A stretch of 64,000 nt of DNA from Batkoa obscura (Eukaryota): positions 434,001 to 498,000 of the forward strand of contig JASVEC010000029.1 in NCBI GenBank assembly GCA_030770535.1, given 5' to 3'. This document shows positions 14,370 to 26,871 of the stretch, in pieces (position 1 is the stretch's first letter; each line of letters starts with the position of its first letter). The position numbers and the translations under genes are program-made. A model generated the notes under the pieces. That model worked only from the letters and a program-made list of their open reading frames with translations, did no database searches and was not told where the DNA came from.

Positions 14370-14861
14370 TTAATAGTTATTTGGAATGGTCAAAACGTAA
14401 TAAACATCGGTATCCTTAACAAATAACTCTTTAGCACCATAACCAAAGGCCATACCATTAGACATATTAATTGAAACTTTGCCAAGTACTTCTCCACTTT
14501 GTAAGCGTGTTTTAGCAATGAAGAGCTCAAGACCATCGCCTTCATGACCAGCTTCTAATGGTGTAAAACCTTGAACTTGCAAGCGACCATAGCACTCTTT
14601 CCATTGGAGCGTACGAGCATCGCCAACTAAAACTTCATATTCTTTTTCAAGTACTTCTTTACCACCAAAAGAGATTAAACAACCTTCCAAATGAGGAGCG
14701 GTTTTACCTGGGATCAAAGAACCTTTGTACATGGTACGTGCAATAAATAATGGTCTACCATCGTTTTCAGATCCACCTTGAACAGCATTGGGTGGTACAA
14801 TACCATTGCTGGCTCTTACCCATTGTAATTGAGGATGACTACGACCTAATTTTTGTGACAT
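14370..14861 (-). CDS. DM9-repeat (DUF3421) protein, putative cytosolic mannose-binding lectin
   Basis: Two tandem DM9 repeats: 'WV..SNGIVPPNAVQGG.ENDGRPLFIAR...LIPGK...GGKE....YEVL' and 'W...GHEGDGLELFIAK...GKV...YGAKE...YYVL'. Intronless, no signal peptide. Confidence 0.85.
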   Translation of the reverse strand: MSQKLGRSHPQLQWVRASNGIVPPNAVQGGSENDGRPLFIARTMYKGSLIPGKTAPHLEGCLISFGGKEVLEKEYEVLVGDARTLQWKECYGRLQVQGFTPLEAGHEGDGLELFIAKTRLQSGEVLGKVSINMSNGMAFGYGAKELFVKDTDVYYVLTIPNNY

Positions 14862-15258
14862 TTTTTAACTAATTTTTTTACAATAAAAAAGAGATAAAAG
14901 TATATTTGTTTGATTTTTATATGTTCTTTGAAGTTACCGAAGCATGACATCACCAGTTAAAAATAACATCACTCAACCTAGTTTTATTATGGTTAAAATT
15001 ATGTTTGATTGGATTATGCCTGTTTCAAATCAAATAAAATCATCATTCACTTTTGATTCCAAACTTTGTAAGTTGATTTTTATAATAAGCGGCCTAACTA
15101 AATAATAAATTTTTTATCTAAAACTATAACCTTACTAAAATAGTAATTTAATATCATTGTATACCATTTTTTGTTAAAAATATTAATAAATCTTGTATAC
15201 ATTTTAATATCCAACTTTGATTTTTAAAAACATATCTCTATAATATATAAAACATTTC

Positions 15259-15351
15259 TGGGGACGTTTTTTAAGAACTTTATTAGCAAATCGGACAAAA
15301 TTAATATTGAATAAAAAATGGACAAAAAAATGAAACAAAATGACATCTTCA
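15259..15351 (-). mobile_element. Diverged, inverted copy of the ~100-bp MITE family
   Basis: Ends TGGGGACGTTTT and GACATCTTCA-TA. Internal 'ttaagaactttattagcaaatc' and 'aaaaatggacaaaaaaatgaaacaaaa' resemble the reverse complement of the consensus. Confidence 0.45.
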
Positions 15352-15809
15352 TATAAAAATAATAAAAGAAATCTGTCAGAGTTATGACCATGGTAGAACT
15401 AATTTTAAAAATTAAAGACCCCTTACCCTTAACAGTGAAACTAGCCCTAACCTCAATAGCATTAAAACTAAAGTGGTACTTTTAATTAAAAGCAGTATAG
15501 AATGTTAATTTAGAAATAGTTAAATCACTAGTCTTTTATAGGTTAGCTACAACTACTCTTTAATTCCATAGCATTGTTTTCGATAGGAATTTATTTCATC
15601 TAAAAATGACAACTTTTAAAATGTAAATTTGTTGTCTCTGATAAATGAAATACCTTTATGTAAAGTGTAAGGTGTGGATATTAATATAAACTACTTTGTT
15701 TATTATTATAAAATTTAAAACTAATAGCATACTGAAAACATTTGAAAACTTTTAATTATAAACTAATATATAAAATAAAATGCACTTTATTTAGTTTTGT
15801 TATAAATTT

Positions 15810-16665
15810 CAAAAGACTACTTACATGGTTAGAACTTGTACAATGAAAGCATATAGCTTTAACTCTCCTCTATTTACAAATAATCGGGGGAAAATCTTTA
15901 TTGAGTAGAAATCTAGTTGATATTAACAAATTATTAAACAACACTTCGTCATTTGGTATAAAGAAAATTACTGCAAATTTGGAATGAGATCTATAATAAG
16001 TTTTCAATAAATGGCTACACAAAATAACTTTCCCATAAACGCTAAACTTAAATGTCAGTTTTTCCTTTAACTCTTTGCTAATAAACCCACACACAATATT
16101 TGACAAAATTAAATGCACAATAATCTCTGAATTATCCCATCCTTTAAATATCGGGCTTTTATATCCATTAACTTCTCATTCTTGACTCAATGTTAATTCT
16201 CTATCCTCTTCATTTCTGAATCCAACCTCTAGCATGCTACAATCTTTGAATACAATATTTAGTTGATATTTAAATTTTTCAACTATTAATTCGATAAAAT
16301 TATCCCAAGAATATGGGAATGTATTTTTTGGTTTCATTATTTTTCCCATCTTTTAAGCGCCATTTGAGTGAAAAAATTGTTAGTGAAATCCTTAAACACA
16401 AAAATACATCCTTATATACTTCAGCTTTTTACCATGCATTTATGTCCCAAGAAATTAACATCTAACAAATCCATTCTAATTGCATATTAAAGTGGTATTT
16501 TGTAAACATTGAGTTTTTTGTCAGGGGCACCTAAAGTGAAGGCCTCAACTGTTTAGAAAAATCAAACAGAAAACTTAATCAGTGCTTTTATCTGTACTCA
16601 TATTGTGAATTTGTTATTGTTTATCAATATTTGGAGCTATTGTGACTATATTATAATCACTTTTT
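15810..16665 (-). pseudogene. Decayed non-LTR retrotransposon ORF1/Gag-like relic (RRM-like region + CCHC zinc knuckle), interrupted by a MITE
   Basis: Translation 'VGFRNEEDRELTLSQE*EVNGYK...KELKEKLTFKFSVYGKVI...CFHCTSSNHVSS' contains stops. It is colinear with the relic at 32290-33092. Confidence 0.6.
16314..16414 (+). mobile_element. MITE copy (101 bp, TIR TGGGGATGT...ACATCCCCA type, TA target duplication) nested in the ORF1 relic
   Basis: Flanked by TA on both sides. Removing the element plus one TA restores colinearity with the paralogous relic near 32515-32540. Confidence 0.8.
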
Positions 16666-16690
16666 TGTTTTTAATGTATAACACAAAATA

Positions 16691-16791
16691 TGGGAATGTT
16701 TTTTTGGCTTCATCACTTTTCCCATCTTTTAAGCGCTATTTAAGTGGAAAGATTGTTAGTAAAATTCTTAAACAAAAAAAATACATCCCCA
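16691..16791 (+). mobile_element. MITE copy (101 bp)
   Basis: TA-TGGGAATGTTTTTTTGG...CAAAAAAAATACATCCCCA-TA, with the shared core ccatcttttaagcgctatt. Confidence 0.8.
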
Positions 16792-17111
16792 TATAATTAA
16801 TTATCTAATAGGTAGTTAAGGGAGTAGACTCTTTAATACTAATTCAATATAATAAAATCTTATAAAATTACTTTTAGATTTATGAATATTTAAATGAAAA
16901 AATATAGATAGTGAATAGTATATGTAATTATTAACCTTTATAATTATTACAATATCAAAAATAAACAAATTAATTATAATAACCTTTAAAACATTAAAAA
17001 TGTTAAAAATAAATGTTAAAACACTCCAATAAAATCATTAAAACCTAAAATTATATTTAAATGCTTTCTATTTTAATATTAATTTTTTCAAATCAGCTAA
17101 AATAAAAATAC

Positions 17112-18951
17112 TTAAACATTCTTATCTTCACCTTCAATTTTCACTTCAGGAGCATCAAGATCATTTGACTCAGTATCTTCCGGAATAGAGTACAATTTAA
17201 CAATAGGCTTAATAGGGTCCTTAACAAGGATATATTTACCTTCTTCAAGAGTAAGACAGAGACGAACAATAGCATAAACAATACCCCAACCAGAAGAAAA
17301 TTGGAAATTCATTTGAGAAACAAAATCATTTGGTCGATATTGCATTGTAGTTAATATTTGATGACGACGATTATCTTTTGGATTAATACGTGATACCCAT
17401 CCCAATTTAAGTAAACTAGCATTAGCTAATATAGCTTGTACTGCCCATCGAGTTAATTTACAATTATTATTCTTCATTTCAGTGGCTACAACTGCTCCTC
17501 GTTGACTATCTAATTTACTTCTCCAATCTAAGGCACCTCCTGATCCTTGTGCTTTAGAATCAAATTCATTTAAGGCTCTTACTAATAAATACTTATCAGT
17601 ACCATCACTCCCTTTTTGTACACCATCTACTTCAGTACGTACAACTAAACCAATTTCAGTATCTAATTCAAATCGACGATAACGATAGGCAGCTGAACCA
17701 ACTTCAGTAGCATTGGTATTACTATCATAAAATGGATTTGGTTTTTCAAATGTTTTTAATTTACTAGAATCTAATACTTGATTCAAGAAAGCTTGATTAA
17801 TTTGTAATGCTTCTTGAGATAAGGAAGCTGGTGAATTTAAATTTTCTTTTTCAGTACCATTTTGAACTTCAGATGGTGGATCAGATGCATTTTCATTGAC
17901 TGTAATAGAATCAATTGGACCACCTTTACGTTTATCAAAGAATAATTTACCCCCAATACGATTAACTAAAATATCCCAAGGTTGTACTGATCTTGGTGAG
18001 CACATTAATAAAGCTAATATAGTATCAGTAATAAATACAGTGGCATCTTCTGTTTTAACATATTCTTGTAAAATTGGATCTTCACTAGTTGATAAACTAT
18101 ATTTAATTTCTTCATTATTTGTTTTTAATAAACTATCACTAGTAGCTGGTTTATCAAATTTCTTATTATAATGATATAATTGTCCATGAATAGATAAATC
18201 AACTGGATCAATTACATTATGACTTAATTTAGCAATACGGTTAAGTTCAATATCTTCAACAACAGTCCATTCAGGTTGAATACGTACAGAAGCATCTTTA
18301 GTACGCTAAAATTTGAATTTAAATAAATTTTATAAATCAATTTTAAAAAAAACTTAAAACTTACACGATCATAATTATTGTAACCATAACGATTATTATT
18401 TTGCTTATTATTAGCATTATGTTTGGTATTAGTATTACCCTTTTGATTACTAGTATTACGTACATTCGTTTTTTGAGTATTGGTTCTTGTACTCTATCAT
18501 TAATATTAATAAATAGAATCAGATTAATAAAACTAGTTGTTATTACCCCTTTAGTTAAAGTAGTTTTTTTCTGAATAGTTTTAGAATCTACTAAAGAGAA
18601 GGAAGCATCGTCAATATTATGGAAAGCAAATGGATTTTCACCACTAGCACCATAAGCTTGTTCTATATTTAAAAAAATAAAAAAAATAGGTAAATATCAT
18701 ATAAAATTATATATTGTTAAACTATTTTAAATTTTACCTTTTCTACCTTGTTTACGATTATTATCCAATTGACGATTATTAGCTTCACTAGACCAATCAG
18801 CAAATTTACCAATACGATCACTTTTAGAAAATGGAGCATATGGTATTTGATTAAAATTTTTATCTAAATGACCCATACTTGGTCCCCAAGATAATTCATT
18901 ATCTTCTACAATAGGTAATTGAAAGCTAGGTTTAGCACCGTTGGAAGTCAT
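17112..18951 (-). CDS. EIF3D: Translation initiation factor eIF3 subunit D (multi-exon)
   Basis: PYAPFSKSDRIGKFADW, DASVRIQPEW, MCSPRSVQPWDI, DWRSKLDSQRGAVVATEMKNN, GKYILVKDP. Confidence 0.95.
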
Positions 18952-19160
18952 TTTTCTTTTTTTTTTAAAGTAAAATTTTTTTAATTCTAGCTAATTTTTT
19001 TACTTGAAATTGTCAACTTGAAAATCCCATATTTCATGAGAAAATGGAATTGAATTTTAATAGAGTAAGTAGCCAATGAAATGAAGGAACAAAAAGTACA
19101 TTATTTGAAATTAGTTGAAAATAACCACTTTCTTTTTAATAGAAAGTCCATTTTAAAAAG

Positions 19161-19847
19161 ATGAGAATTGAAAAGTGCTATTTTTGTTCCTCAAGTTGTT
19201 ACCCAGGTCATGGTGTTATGTTTGTTAGAAATGATAGTAAGGTAAGTTGAATTCTATAATAAATCATTAATTTAAAATAGTAGTAATTAAATATTTACTA
19301 AAGATTATTTTTTAAAATTTAATAATAGACTTTTCGATTCTGTCGTTCCAAATGTCATAAAAACTTTAAAATGAAGCGTAATCCACGTAAAGTTAGATGG
19401 ACAAAAGCATTTAGAAAAAGTGCTGGAAAAGAAATGGTTATTGTAATCCAAATTTATTAGTTTATTTTATAAGCAGATTACTTAACGATTATATTCTATA
19501 GGATTCCACTTTTGAATTTGAAAAGAGACGTAATATACCTGTACGATATGATCGTAATTTAATGAGTAATACAATCAATGTTATCAAAAGGGTTACTGAA
19601 ATTCGCGCTAAAAGAGAGCGTAATTATTTCAAGAATCGGTAAGTTAATTATTTAATATTAAGTTAAATTTTATTAATATTTTATACTTTTTTTTAGTATG
19701 CAAGGTAATAAAGAAAGAGAGAAACAAACAGCTATTAAAGAAGTACAACATCATCTTAATATGTTACCATTTGAAAAAGAAACTATTCAACAATCTTTGG
19801 ATAAAGTTAGAAATCAAGAAAATAAGGTTAATGAAATGGAAGATTAA
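19161..19847 (+). CDS. RLP24: Ribosome biogenesis protein RLP24 (L24e family; 4 exons; absent from ORF track)
   Basis: Spliced translation [83 protein letters not shown]. Confidence 0.95.
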
Positions 19848-20120
19848 TCGAAATCATACCGAGTTGATTGAATGTTAAATTATGTTAATTTTATCTACCA
19901 CCAAGACTCTTCTTTATTATAAGCTTTTTTTATAGAATCTTTATTAGCTATTTTCTTTTTTTGTAATCTCTTCCCTCTTTTGAAATAATAATGGAATCAT
20001 GTTGAATTGATTAAAATTATATAGTATAAAATAAGAATATTTTTTATCATTATTTAAAATATATCTTTTATTTATTTGCAAATTATTAACTTTTATTTAT
20101 ATATTTATATATTTAATAAC

Positions 20121-20934
20121 TTAATGAGATTCAAAGAAACTGGAAATCTCATACTTTAATTGAGGGATACTTTCTTCATTGAGATAATTACCTAAAGGAA
20201 AACAAACATAAATAAATACACATAAGCTTTAAAATATTAATTCCAAGTTACCAGCTGAAAAACAATTACAACCAAAACGAGAAGTTAATTTGTTTATAGA
20301 TTCTTCTGTAATATTTTCACCTAATTTTAGCCAATGAAATACATTACCAGCAAACCATAATTGATTCTCTTCATTAATAGAATAAATAGAATGAGTACTA
20401 TCAATTAATGCTATAGCTTTTATATAGTTTATACTTTCTACTGGATATTGATTAATTAATTCAATAATTCCATTACTGGCATCCCCATGTCCTATAATAT
20501 ATAATTGGTTTGGATTTGAAGGACTAAAATAAAATAATTAGTTATTAGTTATTAGTTATTAGTTATTAGTTATTAATTATTAGTTAATATTATTAATACA
20601 TACAATATAATTTCTTTAAATAAAGTAATAATATGATTCTCATAAGTATCATGATTAGGTATAATTAAAGTATTGAACTTATTATTATTTTGATTATCAT
20701 AAATTGGCTTTCCATTATAAAATAAATTTTGATTTGGATTAGCTAAAATTATATCATATCCTAAAGATTGAAAATAATCAACATAACTTAACATTGTTCC
20801 TTCCTAAATAAAAGTTTAATTAATTTTTATAAAATAGATTGTTATTAATTATTATTATTACTTTAATAGAAGTATCAAATATTATTCTTTTTGACCAAAT
20901 AAATGAACTATTAATATATTATTATTATTATTAC

Positions 20935-20972
<38 letters not shown>

Positions 20973-21671
20973 CAAATACTTACTTTTGATCAAAATTATT
21001 AATAAATACAACTAATTTTTTACTATTATTTAATGCATTTTTACTATCAAAAATACATATTAATAAACTTATTTATTAATAGAAATAAAATAATTCTATT
21101 TACCTAACCATAACTTCAGTATACACTTCTTCTTTAATCTCTTTTAAATTAACATTTTTTTTCTTCACTTTTTCATTTTCAATATTAATTCTATATAGTA
21201 ACATTTCGTAATCTAATATCATTTGTTTTTTAATTATATCAATTATTTCAACTAAAGAATTTATTATTAATAATCTATTCCAATAATAATAATAATAATA
21301 AAATAAAAATAACTTACTTAATATAATAAAACTCAATTTTTTATATCTCTTAAATTGAGGATCATTTGAAAATGCAGAACCTTTAAATTCAGAAGTAGCT
21401 ATAGACCAATCTAATCCAGATAAAGTATTTTTGATTTTATCTGATCGTATACAAAAATTAGTAGATAAGGGGATATCATCTTCAAATATAAATTAAAAGA
21501 GAAATGTTTTAATTTTTTTGTTAAATATTATTGTTAATTGAGATTACTTAATTCTATTGAAAATTCATTTTTATGTTCTTCTTCTTCGTTAAGTTTTAAT
21601 ATACCTAATTTTTCAGTAATTGTATTATTATATATTAATTTCTCTTTTCGACTTGGACGTAATCGAAACAT
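20121..21671 (-). CDS. Arb2/FAM172-like alpha/beta-hydrolase-fold protein (multi-exon)
   Basis: Starts MFRLRP. Segments 'EGTMLSYVDYFQSLGYDIILANPN', 'LYIIGHGDASNG', 'IKAIALIDSTH' and 'FGCNCFSAG' resemble FAM172A/Arb2-domain proteins. Confidence 0.6.
20538..20585. repeat. Intronic (TTATTAG)n tandem repeat
   Basis: Directly visible 7-mer tandem array. Confidence 0.85.
20938..20968. repeat. Intronic (TA)n microsatellite
   Basis: Directly visible. Confidence 0.9.
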
Positions 21672-21804
21672 TTAAATATTTAAAAAAAGAAAAAAAAAAT
21701 TTATCATCAAATTTTAGAATCACTTTTAATTAAAATAAAACAAAATAAAAAAGCATTAAAAATAAAATAAACTAAAAGTTAACTTTATTATTATTCCATC
21801 AAAA

Positions 21805-22437
21805 TTAATATAACATCAATACATTAATTACTGTTAATATCATAAAACTTAAATTAACAATAGAATAAATTTGGTAATAATATCCCAATATTAATACTGA
21901 ATAAACATAAGTAAGTAAAATAATAGGGATAAATCCAGAAAATATGATTTCACTAACACTCTTTAATAACATCATAAAAACCTTATAGAAGCAATTATAT
22001 CTCTTTTTTTTCTTTTTTTCTTTTTCTTTTTCTTTTTCTTTTTCTCTTTCTTTTTCTTTTTCTCTTTCTTTTTCTTTTTCTTTTTCTTTTTCTTTCTTTT
22101 TCTCTTTACTCTTCTCAATTATAAAGAAAATTTTATATAAAGCATAGATAATATAAAATCCAATAAATAATAATTGAAAATTACCCATATTAAAGGTATC
22201 TAATATTGGTTGCCAACGTTCATTATTATTATTTTCATTTGGAAAATATAAACCATAAATATAAATATAATGATTATATTTTATTTGGTTTTTAATATAT
22301 ACTTCTGGATTACCATAACTTGATTCTAAATTACCGTAATAAATTGGAAAGTTAATTATATATAAACAATAAAATAATAATAATTGATACATGTAATTAT
22401 TTTTATATATAAAATAATGTAATTTATATAAAAATGA

Positions 22438-22476
<39 letters not shown>

Positions 22477-23600
22477 AACTATTAAATCCATTAACAATAG
22501 AGTTGAAATTATAATTATATATAATATAATAAATATACTTTTAATAATATATTCCATATTGCTTTGTATTATTTTATTACCATAACTATTGATTTCTGTA
22601 GGTTCATTCAATTTATCTAAATTAAATGTTAAATTATGCCATCCAATAAAATTATTATTATCTTGAACTTGAATACTTAATTGATGGGTATTTTTTAAAT
22701 ACAATTGATTATTAAATTGAATTTCATATAAATTATTTTTAATAAATTGAATTTCATTTGTTAATAATTTATTATCAATTGTTATTTTAATATATTTAAT
22801 TTCAGTTGAATTAAATATTAAAAATCGAATAGTTTCTATTTCTTTCATTAATTTTAAATTATCATGTTGATTTAAAATAAATTTATTATCTTTAATATTA
22901 GTAATTAATATAATAGGTTTACTATAAATATTTGTTGGTAATTTAGTTATTATTTCTCCTTTTTCATTTTCTTTAATATTTAATTGATAATTTTGATTAA
23001 TATCCATTTTTTTATCAATAAAATTAATAATATCATTATCTATTGAAATAATTCGATAACTTTTATGTTCTACTAAATCAGCTAATTCTAATTCTAGTAA
23101 GCCATTATCATGATGATGTTTTAAATCAATACCAATACCTAATTAAATATTAGTATAATAATAATATAATATAATAATAATAATAATATAATAATAATAT
23201 AATATAATAATAATAATAATATAATATAATAATAATATAATAATATAATATAATAATAATAATAATATAATATAATAATAATATAATAATGTAATAATAA
23301 TATAATAATAAACTTACCATAAATTAATTCATGTAAATGACCACATAAATATAAAGAAGATTTTGAAGATAATTGATTAAATGATTGATTATTACTTGAT
23401 TTTGAAAACAATGTTGTTGTAATTGGATAATGACTAATTAAAAAAGAATGATTAATATCTTCTACCTCATTTAAGTTAGATTCTAATAAATCCATTTTTT
23501 TACGATCAATATAACTAAAAAAATTAAAATATCTTGATGTGGAATATTTAGGACTAAAAATAAAAATAAATTAAAAAAACATATTAATATATATATAATA

Positions 23601-23651
<51 letters not shown>

Positions 23652-24435
23652 AATAAAATAAACTTACCAACCATCCATTGAAATAAATTGATATTTACCG
23701 TAATTTTTATTTAATATATAATTAAAATTAGACTTCTTTAAACTACTATAATTTAAAAAGTAATTATTTTCATGTTCCCATTCAGGTACATTAAAACAAT
23801 CATGATTACCACGAACATCAAACCAATAATTTGATTTATTTAATATTCCTGCTGACTAAAATAAGATAAAAAAATTAATTAATTAATTATTACATTATTA
23901 TTACATTATTAAATTATTATTATTAATATTGTTATATTATTTACTTACTTTTAATGCAGAATTATATAATTTCCATTCCTTTTCAAATTGTTTTGATTTT
24001 CTTTTATCTTTAGATTTACCATCAACAATATCACCTGTAGCTAATACTAATTCTGGATTAATAATAGGTAATATACCACTTAAAAATAAATGAAAATTAG
24101 ATAATGCTTCATCATTATGAATAGAGATATGAATATCAGTAACCTATTTAATAATAATAATAATAATTATTATTATTATTATCTATCATTAAATTAAATC
24201 TCTATATTTTAATATTATTATTTACTTGTACAAACCAAAATACATTCTCATTAGAAGTTTCAATTACTTTTGGTTTAACTTGAGTTATAATATCATTATT
24301 ATTTACTTCATTTTCTTTATTATCTCTATAAAGTGGTCCTTGGGATTCCAAATATATTGTATATCCACGATAAATTAATAAACTTATAAATATATAATAA
24401 ATAAATTTTGTTATTATAGTAGTTGCCAATAACAT
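21805..24435 (-). CDS. TMEM62-like membrane metallophosphoesterase (calcineurin-like) with poly-Asn and KE low-complexity inserts
   Basis: Metallophos motifs across exons: FWFVQ-VTDIHIS, ATGDIVDGK, WFDVRGNHD, SHYP, LYLCGHLH. C-terminal TM helices. Confidence 0.8.
22001..22106. repeat. Coding purine-rich (GAAAAA)n-type repeat encoding a KEKEKE tract
   Basis: Visible tttttc repeats on the + strand, in frame within the TMEM62-like CDS. Confidence 0.85.
23145..23311. repeat. Intron expanded by (TAA)n/(TATAA)n simple repeats
   Basis: Directly visible. It lies between a minus-strand GT donor (~23317) and AG acceptor (~23139). Confidence 0.85.
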
Positions 24436-24697
24436 TAATATTTTTTTATTAAAAAAGAGATAAAGAAAATGAATTTGAATTTTTATATTTGAATTTGAAA
24501 TTACGTAATAAATTAATTAGAATTTTACTATTTTTCAATATTGAAATTCAATAGAATAATCAATCCAAATCTTTAATTTTGGGCTAAAACTTTTAATTTT
24601 TACACTTACTTAATGCATAAAAGTTCACATTAATTTACCAATTATGGTCAGGCTAAATTCCAATCGATCTTTCTCAAAATTCCATTTCAAATAAATT

Positions 24698-26708
24698 ATG
24701 ATCGATAAACAAAATGAAGATACTGTTGTTAAAGATGAGAGTGAATGTAATAAAGACATTAATTCGACATCAGAGGTAATTATAATATCTGATAATAGTG
24801 ATGATGAATTTTCAAATATATCATTGAAACAATCTAATTCCAATTTAACATTATCTTCATTTCCATCCATTTCCAAATCCACAAGTGGAAATGTCATACT
24901 CAATAAACATGGTAAATTAAAAATAGAAACAAAAAGTAAATATTTTAGTTCAAAAACAACAAAATTTAAAGAAATAACAACTAGTTGTCCAATCTGTAAT
25001 TTAAAATTTGAATTTATCAATTCAATAGAATTTCGAGAATCTCATATTAATAATTGTTTAGATCAATCTAATTTTAATGTTATTAGTACAAAGAAGACAT
25101 CGAGTTTAAAGAGTAAAATAGGCTTTAAAAATGAATTGATTAGAAAGAGTGAAATGGATTCAAAATTCAATTTAAAAAAGACTAAGATAGAAGATGATAA
25201 TTTGGAATCAATATCTCAAAATATGATGAAGATAAATGATAATATCCAAATAAAAGTAATAAAAGAAGAAGAGAAGATTATAACAACCTCATCTAATGAG
25301 TCTATAATAACTTCATATAACAATATCAAATTAACAAATGATTTAAATGATCAAAGATTATTAATCACACTTGGTTCTTTAGTACATAACCCTACTCAAC
25401 CAATATATTATACTACACCTAACATTTATCATAATGCAAAATCAAAAATCAAAAGGCCTTTACCAGATAGTAAAAAAATACCTGGAACAACATTTAGTTT
25501 AGATGCATTTAATGTAGGTGCTATACCCTTATGTCAAGCTTATTTTTTATCACATTTTCATTCAGATCATTATGGTGGTATTGGAAAAACATTTTCACAT
25601 GCTTGGATCTTTTGTAGTAAAATTACAGCTAATTTATTAAATTCTAAAATTGGAGTAAATATAGAATACATTAAACCATTGGAATTAAATACATTGTATA
25701 TTATTGATAATGTTCGAGTAACTTTAATTGATGCTAATCAGTAAGCTTTTATCTAAAATTTATAATTGTTTTTTTTTTAATATTAATAATATATATTCTA
25801 CTAGTTGTCCAGGTTCTGCTTTATTTTTATTTGAAGTACCTTATGATGATAATATTAATCATTCAAATCCTAATAAGTTTACACGTATTTTACATTGTGG
25901 GGATTTTCGAGTGCATGAAGATATACATTTAAATGAAAACTCAATTTTATCTAAAATTCCTTTAGATTATCTTTATCTTGATACTACTTATTGTAATCCA
26001 ACTTATTCCTTTCCATCTCAAAAACAAGTAATTGATAAATCTACTATATTAGCTAATGAATTTATTAATTTATCTTCTACTGCAGATAAATTAAAAAATT
26101 CAATATTCAATTACTTTTCTTCTACTTCAAAACCAAAGAGAAATATTGAAAGAATAGTAGCAGTTGGATCTTATTCTATTGGTAAAGAAAGAATCTTTTT
26201 AAATATTGCTAAACAATTGAAAACTAAAGTTTATGTTACACAAGCTAAATTTCAAATATTAATGAATTTTATGGACATTAATTTAAATAATATATTAACT
26301 TTAGATCCCACTGAAGCTAAAGTTCATATACTTCCAATGAATCAAATTAATGCCAAATCATTAAAAGAATATTTTGAACAAATTAAATTAATAAATCCCA
26401 ATTTAAATTCCATATTAGGAATTAAGCCAACAGGATGGACCTTTTCAAATAAATATGCAAATCAAGATAATCCGCCATCAAAAATTAATTTAAACAATTT
26501 AAAACCTAGTTCAATTTGTGATAAAGTAACTATTTATGGCTTACCTTATTCAGAACATTCTTCTTTTGAAGAGTTAAAATTATTTGTTAAACATGTAGCT
26601 AAAGTAGCTAAACAGAATAATAAAAATTTAAAAGTTATACCAACAGTTAAACCAGCAAATATGGATTCTTTAGAAGTATTAGAGTATTTAAATGAATGGG
26701 CAAAGTAA
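24698..26708 (+). CDS. PSO2: DNA cross-link repair nuclease SNM1A/PSO2 (UBZ zinc finger + metallo-beta-lactamase/beta-CASP); one intron ~25742-25804
   Basis: CPIC...[59 protein letters not shown]. Confidence 0.9.
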
Positions 26709-26871
26709 ATCACAAGGATTATATTATTGAAATAGTAACTCATCTACTTAATTATAAAATAAATATTAAATAAAATAATAATTTTATAATATTCATTTCC
26801 TTTTTTTATATGATTTGAAAAAACAAATATATTTTTATTAGATAACAATAGAAATTTGGTTTTTTTTTAAA

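Noticed and set aside
16314..16791. Two direct ~100-bp repeats as the LTRs of a tiny retroelement or as a CRISPR-like array
   Set aside because: Each copy has its own TIRs and TA flanks. The sequence between them is the continuation of the ORF1 relic, and other copies are dispersed.
16605..16796. Similar short ORFs 'ASSLFPSFKRYLSGK' here and at 44755-44952 as a small peptide family
   Set aside because: These are chance translations of the MITE core, with non-AUG starts, and the frames are not preserved among copies.
23139..23495. ORF with a Y/I/L-rich hydrophobic tail as a membrane protein
   Set aside because: The tail is read-through into an intron filled with (TAA)n repeats. Only the 5' part is a real TMEM62-like exon.
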